A stretch of DNA of 64,000 nucleotides from Octopus vulgaris (Eukaryota): positions 196,540,001 to 196,604,000 of the forward strand of contig OX597814.1 of the NCBI GenBank assembly GCA_951406725.2, given 5' to 3'. The first letter of the stretch is position 1, and each line of letters begins with the position of its first letter. The position numbers were made by a program, and so were the translations under genes. A model generated the notes under the pieces. The model was not told the origin of the DNA, did no database searches, and worked only from the letters and a program-made list of their open reading frames with translations. Positions 1 through 11,999 of this stretch are shown here, piece by piece.

Positions 1-639
1 TCTTATTATTGTTATTTTTGTTTTTGTCATTATCACAAATCACTACCTCTACTGCCATTGTGTGGGGGAGTAGTTGGTTGAAGAGGTCATGCTCTATGGG
101 TCTATAAATAGATTCAGCAGATGGTGGAGAGATAGCCCAAGAGACAAAGGACATTAATGGTCAGGAAAGGTCAAACCTGTTTACATTTATTTGTTTTTTC
201 CTTTCTCTTTTCTTCCTTTCCACATACATATATATATATCTATATGTATACTCACACACACATATTATGTGATGTACACGTCGATGATTTTTTAAATTTC
301 TGAATTCAATGTTATTCCATCATTCTTTATCGTGCATTTAATTGTGTTTTTACAATAAAAGGCAATTTAAAAGGCAATTTTACACATTAAGAATGGGAGA
401 AGGGACGGCAAAATGTTCACACAAAATTGGAGATATTTATGTTTCTAATTTTTTTGTTAGGTATTCGTTTGTATGTCCTAAGCTGTAGATATGTAAGTTC
501 CTTAACCTAGTTTGAGGGAAATTCAAATTACTCGCAGAAAACAGTAGATCTTCCAGTTTTTTCCAGTTGTTTTTTTTCCAGTTGTCCTGCTGGGTTAGCT
601 GTTGCCAGTTCAGAGCATCGAAAAAATAGGTCCAGCCTT

Positions 640-650
640 TATTATTATTA

Positions 651-729
<79 letters not shown>

Positions 730-815
730 CATCACTTTTCAAGTCACTGCTTGAAATCGAACTCAGAATTTCGGGGTTAGTAGCCCGCTCTCGTAACCAC
801 TTCGCCATATTCCCC
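640..815 (-). mobile_element. tRNA-headed repeat with (AAT)n tract, left copy of a head-to-head pair
   Basis: Minus strand reads TATGGCGAAGTGGTTACGAGAGCGGGCTACTAACCCCGAAATTCTGAGTTCGATTTC (A/B-box-like), then (AAT)n. Homologous to 818-900. Confidence 0.7.
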
Positions 816-817
816 CG

Positions 818-906
818 TCATATGGGGTAGTGGTTAAGTGCGCGGGCTACTAACAGCAAGATTCTGATTGCGATTTCAATCAGTGACCTGAACAGCAATA
901 ATAATG

Positions 907-958
<52 letters not shown>

Positions 959-974
959 CAACAACAACAACAAC

Positions 975-1018
<44 letters not shown>

Positions 1019-1031
1019 CACCAACAACAAC

Positions 1032-1103
<72 letters not shown>

Positions 1104-1325
1104 AAGAAGAAGACGAAGAAGAAGAAGACGAAGAAGAAGACGAAGAAGAGGAAGTAGAAGAAGAAGAAGAAGAACAACAACAACAACATCAAAAAACAGC
1201 TTAGGAATTACCAAAACACCCGAAAAAGGCTGGAGGGTATATCAGCCGAAACGTTGTTTTTACAACAAACATGATTAGGACAAATATCCGTTGAATGTAA
1301 ATAATGTAAATAATAATTATCTCAT
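818..1325 (+). mobile_element. tRNA-headed repeat + (AAT)n/(AAC)n/(AAG)n tract + degenerate hammerhead-like 3' module
   Basis: TATGGGGTAGTGGTTAAGTGCGCGGGCTACTAAC head, compound microsatellite 897-1188, then GGCTG/CAGCC stem followed by GAAACGTT at 1228-1255. Confidence 0.65.
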
Positions 1326-2153
1326 GTTTTGCCTTTAATCGCTGGTTTTCTGTCAATAGAAAATATGTACCTCTTTCTCGGATGAAATCTGAATTTGATA
1401 ATGGATTCAGTGTTGAATGGCTTCATCATGACCACCTTAATAGTTTGCTAGGATAAGGTTTCTATTTTATATAAAAGTACTCAACATTTTAAGGGTTTAA
1501 ATTGGTTTATATGTCCTTCTTCTCTTACTTGGTCCTTAAATCCCTTTCTAAATTTAAAATCTTTATAATTTATTATACAAAATATTGTAATGCATACAAT
1601 TTGGTAAAGTTGGATATACATTTTTTCCCATTTAAATCTCATTGTAACCTCCTTTCTTTTCTATTTTAGGCTTCTTTTAACTGATAATAATAAAAATGTT
1701 TATTTCACCCCTACCCTTCCCCCTTTCTCAACATATACCATTATCTTACGGACATCTTCCGAGACATGTTCTTATATGTAGTGATAGCGAATTTATAGCC
1801 ACAGTAAAACAGAGGTAGGGAAGAGTATAGACATTAATTTATCACTAGTAGCTACAACTTAACTTTCAATTTCCAGTGGTTTTAATTCTAAGTGGATTCA
1901 GAATACTAGCTGTTTTAGATCTTTTGATTGTGATAAGGAGAAGGGTAAATGTAGCTATACTAACATCTCTTGACCCCCAATATTATTCTCTTCTGCCACC
2001 TCAAATTATAGTTGGGGTATTTTCTCCCCAAGTTCATTCTGCTACAATCATATCAACAAACATGCAATTCCTTTATTCTCTAGTTCTGATGAAATATTTG
2101 CTATAAAAATTACAATAGAATATCCTGTATGTTGAAAAAACTATATGGTCTTA

Positions 2154-2239
2154 TGCACCGAGGAAGTCGGTGTATTTCAAATTGATGTAATGCTTGCATT
2201 GATCGATTAAATGGAGCCGCCTGAAACGGCCGTAATGCA
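2154..2239 (+). ncRNA. Type I hammerhead-like motif with long stem II (same family as 15218-15304)
   Basis: CCGAGGA core at 2158-2164, AGTCGG/CCGCCT stem II base, GAAAC-GGCC-GTA palindromic stem III. Confidence 0.5.
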
Positions 2240-2565
2240 CTAATACCTGGACATCCTTGATACTTTGCTTTATATATATACTTACTTGGAAGTGGATGCG
2301 TGGCGTTCGATCATATAATAACAAAATGATATATAAAACATATGGGAATATTCCTCGTGTTGTATGTCTCGTACTCTGTTTTTTTGTTATTTGAAAGAAA
2401 GTCCGTTTCCATGTTTTTTTATGTTTTCGTTTCTCATTGTGTTCAACGTTTTTTTTTTGGTGTCCTGTACCCATATATGCATGTATTTATACATATAGAT
2501 GTAGGTATGTACATATATGTACATATATGTATGTATATATGCATATGTTTTATATATTACTTTGT

Positions 2566-2630
<65 letters not shown>

Positions 2631-2712
2631 GGAAAAAAGCAACAAGAATGGATTAAAATCTCGGTACAATTGTTTCGTACGAGAATTCACTTGAATCTCA
2701 ATTACTTAAACC

Positions 2713-2797
<85 letters not shown>

Positions 2798-2963
2798 GAG
2801 AGATGTGTGTATTTTCCCTGGCTAGAAATTAACACGGAAAAAATATATAAATAGTTACCAGGGTAGCAAAAAAATCACACAAACAAAAAGGTTGTAACTC
2901 CTTGTTTTTAACGGTAGAAACTTCGGGTTTATGTGAAATATTAAAAAAATATTTTGTTATCTA

Positions 2964-3244
2964 TGTTAGAAACCACCTCCTTCCTACGGGGAATAGGAAG
3001 AAGCGCATGAGGACCAGCGGTGGATAATACACACATTTGATAATCTCGGTGGTAGAATGGGTTCAGCGTTGAATGGTTTTATCATGGCTACCTTAACAGT
3101 TTGCTAGGATGAAGCATTATAAGGTTTCTATTTCATATAAAAGTACTCAACATTTTTAGGTATTATTCCTTTGGAATAATACCAGTGATATCTTCGAAAC
3201 ATGTGTCGGAAGTAAAAGAATTTGAATAACACTTGCGTTTAACT

Positions 3245-3284
<40 letters not shown>

Positions 3285-3537
3285 ATATTTCGGAATGGTC
3301 ATTTTGTCAGTTTAGCCAATAAAAAACACACGCACTATATATTTGGTGTTATTTTGCTTCAGTGTTATTTATTTTTTACATTAATCTTAATCTTATTTCG
3401 GCCACAGTTCTTTCGTCACACTCCTGTAACCGCATCAGTGGTCCTTTGCTTTCTTCTTTCTTATTTGTGTCTCTCCTTACTAACCGTAAGCCATTTTGTA
3501 TTTCTATTGTATGTCTTCATTTTTTTTTTATTTAAAC

Positions 3538-3591
<54 letters not shown>

Positions 3592-3704
3592 CACTGCATC
3601 ACTGTGCCACATTCTATCACCGAGATTATCAAATGTGTGTGTTATCCACCGCTGGTCATAATGCTCTTCTTCCTATTCCCGTAGGAAAGAGATGGTTTCT
3701 AACA
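2964..3704. repeat. About 95-bp imperfect inverted repeat (2964-3059 / 3610-3704)
   Basis: TGTTAGAAACCACCTCCTTCCTACGGGGAATAGGAAGAAG...GGTAGAATG is matched in reverse complement about 550 bp downstream. Confidence 0.85.
3400..3443 (-). ncRNA. Hammerhead-like motif with non-canonical core
   Basis: Minus strand: CCA CTGATGC G GTTACA-ggag-TGTGAC GAAAGAACTG TGG. Stems I and II pair; A9>C and N17=G deviate from consensus. Confidence 0.4.
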
Positions 3705-4214
3705 ACGATAAAAAAAACTCCATCGTTAGAATGTAGATAACATAAACAATGTTACATTTCAAACATGAGAAAAATCTTGCATATTTTTCACTACCACCAC
3801 CAGATTGGATTTATAAAATAAGTACGTACTGAATGTATGTATGTATGTATGTATGTTTGTATGTATGTTTGTATGTATGTACGTACGTACGTATGTATGT
3901 ATGTATGTATGTATGTATGTATATATGCATGCATGCATGTATGTATGTATGTATGTAAGTATACATGTAGCCTTATAGAAAAGAATGCTTTAAACGTTCT
4001 GTAGTTCTTAAAGTTATACATGCGGAATATTCGTTATGGAGCCAATGAATTCCTTGCACTACTTCTATTTTGAGATTTTGTTTGAAAGTGAATGTCTTGA
4101 AAGTTCAATTTACAAAATCAGTTTCATCATCTTCATAGATATATACCGACACCAAAATATTAGTATTGTGTTCTCTCATTTTTACGTTTTTTGACTCTAC
4201 TGATGTATTCGCAT

Positions 4215-4451
4215 TTTTTTTTTTTTTTTTTTTTGTACTTGTTTCAGTCATTCGACCGCGGCCATGCTGGAGCACCGCCTTTAGAGTGGTGAAAGAGTAC
4301 AGCAGGGATCACCACCATCCCCTGCCGGAGCCTCGTGGAGCTTTTAGGTGTTTTCGCTCAATAAACACACACAACGCCCGGTCTGGGAATCGAAACCGCG
4401 ATCCTCCGACCGCAAGTCCGCTGCCCTAACCACTGGGCCATTGCGCCTCCA
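4215..4451 (-). mobile_element. Chimeric SINE: family C tRNA head + family A tail + poly(A)
   Basis: Flanked by a TATTCGCAT direct repeat (4206-4214, 4452-4460). Module junction near 4285. Confidence 0.85.
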
Positions 4452-4510
4452 TATTCGCATGCATATATTTCTATAGTCACATTCATCTCATATATCTTTG
4501 TTCACAAACA

Positions 4511-4920
4511 TAGGCGCAGGTGTGGCTGTGTGGTAAGCAGCTTGCTTACCAACCACATGGTTCCAGATTCAGTCCTACTGCGTGGCACCTTGTGCAAGTG
4601 TGTTCTTCTATAGCCTCGGGCCGACCAAAGCCTTGTGTGTGGATTTGGTAGACGGAACTTAAAGAAGTCCGTTCTATATATTTATATATGTGTGTGTGTG
4701 TGTTTGTGTCTCTGTGTTTCCCCCCTAGCAATGCTTCACAACCGATGCTGTGTGTTTATGTCACCGTCACCTTGCGGTTCGGCAAAACAGACCGATATAA
4801 TAAGTACTTGGCTTAAAAAGAATAAGTCCCGGGGTCGATTTGCTCGACTCAAAGGTGGTGCTCCAGCATGACCACGGTCACATGACTGAAACAAGTAAAA
4901 GAATAGAGTAAAGAGAGTAA
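4511..4920 (+). mobile_element. SINE family A (tRNA-derived head, CORE-like middle, internal TA/TG microsatellite, LINE-like tail)
   Basis: GGCGCAGGTGTGGCTGTGTGGTAAG head and GGTGCTCCAGCATG...ATGACTGAAACAAGTAAAAGA tail. More than 20 full or partial copies in the window. Confidence 0.9.
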
Positions 4921-4977
4921 CCTGGTCATTGATATTTCCCTAGCTAGTGATATCGTACATGATTCACGATTAGTACC

Positions 4978-5480
4978 TATTTCTTTACTACCCTCAAGGG
5001 GCTAAACACAGAGAGGACAAACAAGGACGGACAAACGGATTATCTCGATTATATCGACCCCACTGCGTAACTGGTACTTAATTTATCGACCCCAAAATGA
5101 TGAAAGGCAAAGTCGACCTCGGCGGAATTTGAACTCAGAACGTAACGGCAGACGAAATACCTATTTCTTTACTACCCACAAGGGGCTAAACACAGATAGG
5201 ACAAACAAGGACAGACAAACGGATAAAGTCGATTATATCGACCGAAGTGCGTAACTGGTACTTTATTGCTCACAAGGGGCTAAACATAAAGGGGACAAAC
5301 AAAGGGTTTAAGTCGATTATATCGTCCCCAGTCCGTAACTAGTACTTAATTTATCGACCCCGAAAGGATGAAAGGCAAAGTCGACCTCGGTGGAATTTGG
5401 ACTCAGAACGTAGCGGCAGACGAAATACTGCTAAGCATTTCGCCCGGCGTGCTAACGTTTCTGCCAGCTCGCCGCCTTGG
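4978..5480 (-). mobile_element. Nested SINE family B1 array (three layers)
   Basis: 14-bp TSD TCACGATTAGTACC at 4964-4977 and 5481-5494. Internal junctions at about 5161 and 5262. Confidence 0.9.
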
Positions 5481-6532
5481 TCACGATTAGTACCGTTGAG
5501 TTATCCTACTATCTAGCTGTTTGTCAGCTAGATTTGCCTTCCACATTAATTAACTTTGTTCCAAAATATATAAAAAATAATATGCCTGTAACATAGATAA
5601 CGATAAATACATGAAACCTTCGAAATGGTTTTTTGTTTTTGTTTTTTCTCTCTCTTTTACTCTTCTAATCGACGACATACATTGAACATTTCAAAACGGT
5701 TGCGAAGCAGAGATCAGCATGCGACCGAATGTTATAGAAGGCACAAATTGCTGTAGGAAACAACATCAAATAGGTTGAATAGGATGCTATATAAAATAGA
5801 AGAAACTCCTGTCGAGTTGAACTTAGTACCTAATTTTGAATCCCAGCTGTATGTATCTCGTATTACATTCGGTTTCCTCCCATATAAAGAAAGCGAGCAT
5901 TTTTATCTGTCTCTGTAATGTGTGCTTTGTAATATATTTGTTTGAATGCTAGTTATGAAAGACATACCCACATATACTCACAAAATGAAATACACAAACA
6001 CACATACGCACATACATACGTCTATGTACCTACGTATCTATATATGCGCCTGTGTATGTATTTATATATATAATATACGCAGTGGTGTTCTATGTCTATA
6101 CGTGTATATATGTGTGTGTGATGTATGTGCGTATATCAACGATGGATTAAGCCTATCAGCGTATTTCGTTCACTTTAAGCGTTCAAAATTTCAGACTGCA
6201 GTTAAATCTCGCCCAAATATTGACAAAATTAATGTTATGTATTATAGAACCTCGGGTGTCTCTAACTGTTTTAGAAAACTTTACGGTTACCTATACGCAA
6301 CAATATGGATCGCTTCACCTCTCTCCACTTTGTGATAGAAGTCGAAACTGAGCCTCCCTCAACAGTTCCCACACAACGGAGAAAAGATAATTAAATAATA
6401 TTCTACCTTATAATGAGCCAACTTGAGCTAAAGAGACTGAGGCTTTTGTGAGTGGTCGTCCAATGCTCACTGAGTAGATTTAGTATCAAAGGCATTCTAA
6501 CCATAAGCATCCTGTTCTGTTTTTGTTGCTTA

Positions 6533-6845
6533 TAGAATTAGAATATCGAATATAAAAGTTTCTGTTTCCAGGTTGAGGGTCGTGAGGGACTTCTGGACCC
6601 TGTGGTATCAAACCGAATCTCTTGTTTGGCATTCCCTAAAAAGCAAACACAGACACACAAACATACACAGACACACACACATATATACGATGGACTTCTT
6701 TCAGTTTCCATCAAACAAATCCACTCACCAGGCTTTGGTCGGCCCGAGGCTATAGTAGAAGACACTTGCCCAAGGTGCCACGCAGTAGGACTGAACCCGG
6801 AACCATGTGGTGGGAAGCAAGCTTGTTACTATACACCTGCGCCTG

Positions 6846-6887
<42 letters not shown>

Positions 6888-7578
6888 TTCATTTGTATAT
6901 CTTATATTTACTCTTTTACTTGTTTCAGTCATTTGACTGTGGCCATGCTGGAACACCGCCTTTAGTCGAGCAAATCGACACCAGGACTTATTCTTTGTAA
7001 GCCTTCTATCGGTGTGTCTTTTGCCGAACCGCTAAGTTACAGAGACGTAAACACACCAGCATCGGTTGTCAAGCGATGTTGGGGACAAACACAGCCACAC
7101 AAACATATACACACACATATACATATATATACATATATATATATACGACGGGCTTCTTTCAGTTTCTGTCTACCAAATCCACTCACAAGGCTTTGGTCGG
7201 CCCGAGGCTATAGAAGACACTTGCCCAAGCTGCCAAGCAGTGGGATTGAACCCAGAACCATGTGGTTGGTAAGCAAGCTACTTACCACACAGCCACTCCC
7301 ACGCCTATTCTTTAAGATTTTTCATAATATCGGGAACTTTTTATAGAATTATATTTTCCCTAGGTTTTCTAAATAAGTTTATAAGTTTATCCGTTATAGA
7401 ATTAATTATCTCACACAGTTCTATATTTAAGTTCTATATTTACGTCCTTTTTTGTCTCAGTAGCTTGTAGAATTAGAATATCGAATATAACCGTTTCTGT
7501 TTCCAAGTTAAGGGTTTTGAGGGAGTTCTGGACCCTGTGGTATCAAACTGAATCACCTCTCTCTAAAAAGCAAACACA
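6533..7578 (+). repeat. About 115-bp direct repeat pair (6533-6650, 7468-7578) around SINE A copies
   Basis: TAGAATTAGAATATCGAATATAA...CTGGACCCTGTGGTATCAAAC...CTAAAAAGCAAACAC occurs twice. Confidence 0.8.
6905..7306 (-). mobile_element. SINE family A, near full length (a 5' half copy also at 6643-6845)
   Basis: Reverse complement of the family A head and tail motifs. Confidence 0.9.
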
Positions 7579-7589
7579 AGGAAAATAAA

Positions 7590-8300
7590 GAGGAACGAAA
7601 TAGATAGCACGCCGAACAAAATGTTAAGCGGTATTTCGTCCGGCGATCTGGCAGAATCGTTAGCACGCCGGGCGAAATGCTTAGCGGTATTTCGTCTGTT
7701 GTTACGTTGTGAGTTCAAATTCCGCCGAGGTCGACTTTGCCTTTCATCCTTTCGGGGTCGATAAATTAAGTACCAGTTACGCACTGGGGTCGATGTAATC
7801 AACTTAATCCGTTTGTCTGTCCTTGTTTGTCTGCTCTGTGTTTAGCCCCTTGTGGGTAATAAAGAAATAGGTATTTCGTCCGGCGAGCTGGCCGAAACGT
7901 TAGAACGCCGGGCGAAATGCGTAACCGTATTTCGTCTGCCGTTACGTTCTGAGTTCAAATTCCACCGAGGTTGACTTTGCCTTTCATCCTTTCGGGGTCG
8001 ATAAATTAAGTACCAGTTACGCACTGGGGTCGATGTAATCGATTTAATCCGTTTGTCTGTCCTTGTTTGTCCCCTCTGTGTTTAGCCCCCTGTGGGTAGT
8101 AAAGAAATAGGTATTTCGTCTGTCTTAACATTCTGAGTTCAGTTTACACCGAGGCCGATTCTGCCTTCCATCCTTTAGAAATCCATACAAATAAATACCA
8201 GTTGCACACTGGAGTCTATGTAATCGTTTAGCACTTCAGCCCTTATCCTTGCAAAAAACAAACGAAAATTTTGGCTTTGTAGCAATACTAGGAGGGATTA
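7590..8300 (+). mobile_element. Old B-type SINE interrupted by two B1 copies (7641-7869, 7881-8109)
   Basis: GGTATTTCGTC at 7630-7640, 7870-7880 and 8110-8120. The old host copy resumes after 8120. Confidence 0.9.
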
Positions 8301-8827
8301 TTAGCATTAGTTTCATCTCCTACTTCCGTTTTTCGTCATGCACTTATTCTAGCAAGTGTTGAGTGTTCCAAGCGATGGTCTTATTGTGCATGTACAGATG
8401 TAAAGGGAATATAATGAATACATGTAGTGTTCTACAGTAGTCATTGATTTCTCTGTTTTACATTCCATAGCCTCTATGGCAGTGGCTCTCGCTTCATCTA
8501 CAAATTTAGGGTTAAAATGTTCATTCATTAAAGAATATTCAGCTGTTGATGTATTCTTCGACTATTCATCACGATATTGCTTCAGGGAAGAGATTCCCAA
8601 CCTTTTATCTTCGAGATCCATTTTGGCAAATCAATAACTTTCGCAGCCAACATTTCAAATATCTGAGTAAAAAACGAAACAAAGAAAAAAGCCACGGAGA
8701 TTTTTTTTAAAGTTAACATTTGGCACGCATTCTTGGAGAAATATACCAAAATTATATATATGTATATATATATATAAATGTCCACTTCTTTTATATGAGT
8801 GGAAAAAGAATTTAATATATATCTATG

Positions 8828-9398
<571 letters not shown>

Positions 9399-9575
9399 CA
9401 TATACACATAAATATAGTTGAAATTTAGAGGAAAACAAAAGACGAATATAGGTGTATAAACAAACAGGTGTATTAGTTTGACGCTCGGGAATGTGTGTCA
9501 GCGTTATTTTCATTTTCGCGTACTTTAGACGACAGTTTATTCATTGCAACCTATATTCATACACACACACACACA

Positions 9576-9611
<36 letters not shown>

Positions 9612-9630
9612 AACACACACACACATATTC

Positions 9631-9883
9631 TGAAGTATATTTGTCACCTAAATGTGGCTAACCCTTAAGGGTTGATACTACAGTAGCTTGTAGCCCCAGG
9701 AAGACATATCCACCAGCTGGCTATTGACACACTATCTGTGTCCTATCAGTATTTGAAATAATGTGTCAGTATTTGCAGATAGTATGTCAATAGCCAGCTG
9801 GAGGAGGTGTCTTCCTGGGGCTACAAGCTACAGTAGCATCAACCCTTAAGGATTAGCCACAATTAAGTGGCAAATATACTTCA
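9631..9883. repeat. Foldback inverted repeat, about 108-bp arms and about 37-bp spacer
   Basis: TGAAGTATATTTGTCACC...ACTATCTG versus CAGATAGT...GCAAATATACTTCA. Confidence 0.9.
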
Positions 9884-10189
9884 CGCTTCCCTGCTGCTAC
9901 TGTTTATACCACGCTCAGAGATTTATTATATATATTCTTTTACTTTTTTTACTTGTTTCAGTCACTTGACTGCGGCAATGCTGGTGCACTGCCTTTAGTT
10001 GAACAAATTGGCCCACGGGCTTATTCTTTGTGAGCTTAGTACTTATCCTATCGGTCTCGATAGGCTAACCGCTACGTTACGGGGACGTAAACACACCAAC
10101 CTCGGTTGTCAAGCGATGATGGGGACAAACACAAACACACAAAAACATACATACAAATGTTTACATACATATATACATACATACGCACA

Positions 10190-10248
<59 letters not shown>

Positions 10249-10260
10249 CACACATGTATA

Positions 10261-11125
10261 TACAGGTTTACAGATTATATGGATAAATTGACGCCATGCT
10301 ATTTATTTAAATTCGCCATTGATTGTTTTTGAATTTGTCCTCCACACAATGTAGTAGGATCAGCTGGGCACCGTCTGTGAGAAAAACAGCACCATGATGC
10401 AATTCACTCTGCTAGAAATTTGGAAACGACATGCTGTATTGCTTGGCATTTGCGCCAGAAGCTCCAATACGAACATTTCAAAGTGTCTGGGTTTCAATGT
10501 GAGGACAGTGCAATCTAAAGACATGTACCGAGCGTGATAAAAATCAAACATTCAATGTTTGGAGTGATCACTAATGATGGCGACGTTATGTCACCATTCA
10601 CCTTCCCACAGGTCCTCGGACTCAACACGGATACCTACATCAAGTACCTGGAGGAGGTAGTGCTGCCCTAAGTGAAGAGGGTAGCGACTGGAAGTCTCTC
10701 TGTCTGGCAACAGGACTTTGCACCATGCCACACAAGCAGAATGACCCAGTCATAGTTGTGAGACAATTTCTACAACCTCATCGCCCCTTACATCTAACCA
10801 CCTACAACCCCAGACTGCAACCCCCTTGATCATTATGTGTGGGGCGCAGTTGACCGAGACGCCAACAATAATCCTTGTAAGATCAAAGATGACCTGAAGG
10901 CAATTATTATAGCAGCATTCACCAACTTAAAATAGAGACCGTCGAGAAGAGTTGCAAGAGATTGCGAAGTCGTCTGAAGGCCGTGGTTGAAGCCAATGGC
11001 GTCTTTATTGAATAAATTCACTGTTTTGTATTTCAAGATATTTTAAATATATCTGTTAAAATGAGATGACAGTGTTATTTTCTTTTTGCGTAACTTTACC
11101 AACAGTTTAATCATCGCACCCTGTA
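10261..11125 (+). pseudogene. Decayed Tc1/mariner transposon, DD37D (maT-type) transposase relic
   Basis: Manual translation 10702-10860: VWQQDFAPCHTSRMTQS*L*DNFYNLIAPYI*PPTTPDCNPLDHYVWG, with 37 residues between the two catalytic D. Ends TACAGG...CCCTGTA. Confidence 0.85.
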
Positions 11126-11169
11126 TACATACATGCATACATACATACATACATACATACATACATACA

Positions 11170-11202
<33 letters not shown>

Positions 11203-11209
11203 GTATTAT

Positions 11210-11590
11210 TTTATTCTTTTACTTGTTTCCGTCATTTGACTGCGGCCATGCTGGTGAACTACCTTTAGTCGAACAAATCTACCCCAAGGATTATTATTTG
11301 TAAGCCTATCACGTATTCTATTAGTCTCGTTTGCCTAACCTCTATGTTACGGGGTCGAAAACACACCAACATCGGTCGTCAAGTGATGGTGTGGAGACAA
11401 ACAGAGACACACAAATACATACATTCATAGACACACAGATACACACATACAGACACATATAAAACGGGCTTACAAGGCTTCGGTCGGCCCGAGGCAATTG
11501 TAGAAGACGCTTGACCAAGGTGCCTCGCAGTGGGGCTGAACCCGGAACCATGTGGTTCGTAAGCAAACTTCTTACCGCAACCCACTCCTA
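11210..11590 (-). mobile_element. SINE family A (diverged, internal deletion)
   Basis: Head and tail motifs in reverse complement. Confidence 0.8.
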
Positions 11591-11965
11591 TCTATTATAT
11601 AAAATCCGTTCTGTCGGTATGTGTCTTCTAAGATCTTCGAGGACTTTTGAAAAATATCCACAAGGGTAATAGGTAGAACTGCATACATGTTCGACCTCGT
11701 GCGGATGTATGGTGTGTATTTCTGCAAATTATATTTTATAGTTGATCATACCGAAGATCTACAGATAATTTGCGTAAATAAAATAAAATAAAATAATTTG
11801 TTAATAGTGAAACATTGTTTATGATTAATCTATATTTTTGTTACTTTTCATTTGACTTGCTCGCTTACGTTCTGGTGTTTGCTAAATCTTCCAGAGAACA
11901 ATTCTTAGTGGTAAGACCATAGCGGATCTACTTCTAGCATCAGGGTGTCCACATAGTGGTAATCC

Positions 11966-11970
<5 letters not shown>
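11591..11970 (+). mobile_element. Non-autonomous Helitron-like repeat (second copy at about 54078-54385, minus strand)
   Basis: A|TCTATTATATAAAA 5' end; AGACCATAGCGGATCTACTTCTAG near the 3' end; about 300 bp of homology to 54078-54385. Confidence 0.55.

Positions 11971-11999
<29 letters not shown>

Noticed and set aside
818-1278. Long poly-Ile/Leu/Arg ORFs
   Set aside because: Translations of (AAT)n, (AAC)n and (AAG)n microsatellites.
6602-7346. Recurrent peptides such as [36 protein letters not shown], resembling a gene family
   Set aside because: Antisense translations of SINE A, with variable starts, stops and frameshifts.
7630-8120. Regularly spaced direct repeats suggesting a CRISPR-like array
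   Set aside because: The intervening units are homologous SINE copies, not unique spacers; eukaryotic context and no cas genes.
8340-8670. Minus-strand acceptor-like site with protein-like frames
   Set aside because: All frames from the acceptor stop early; no recognisable domain or donor site.
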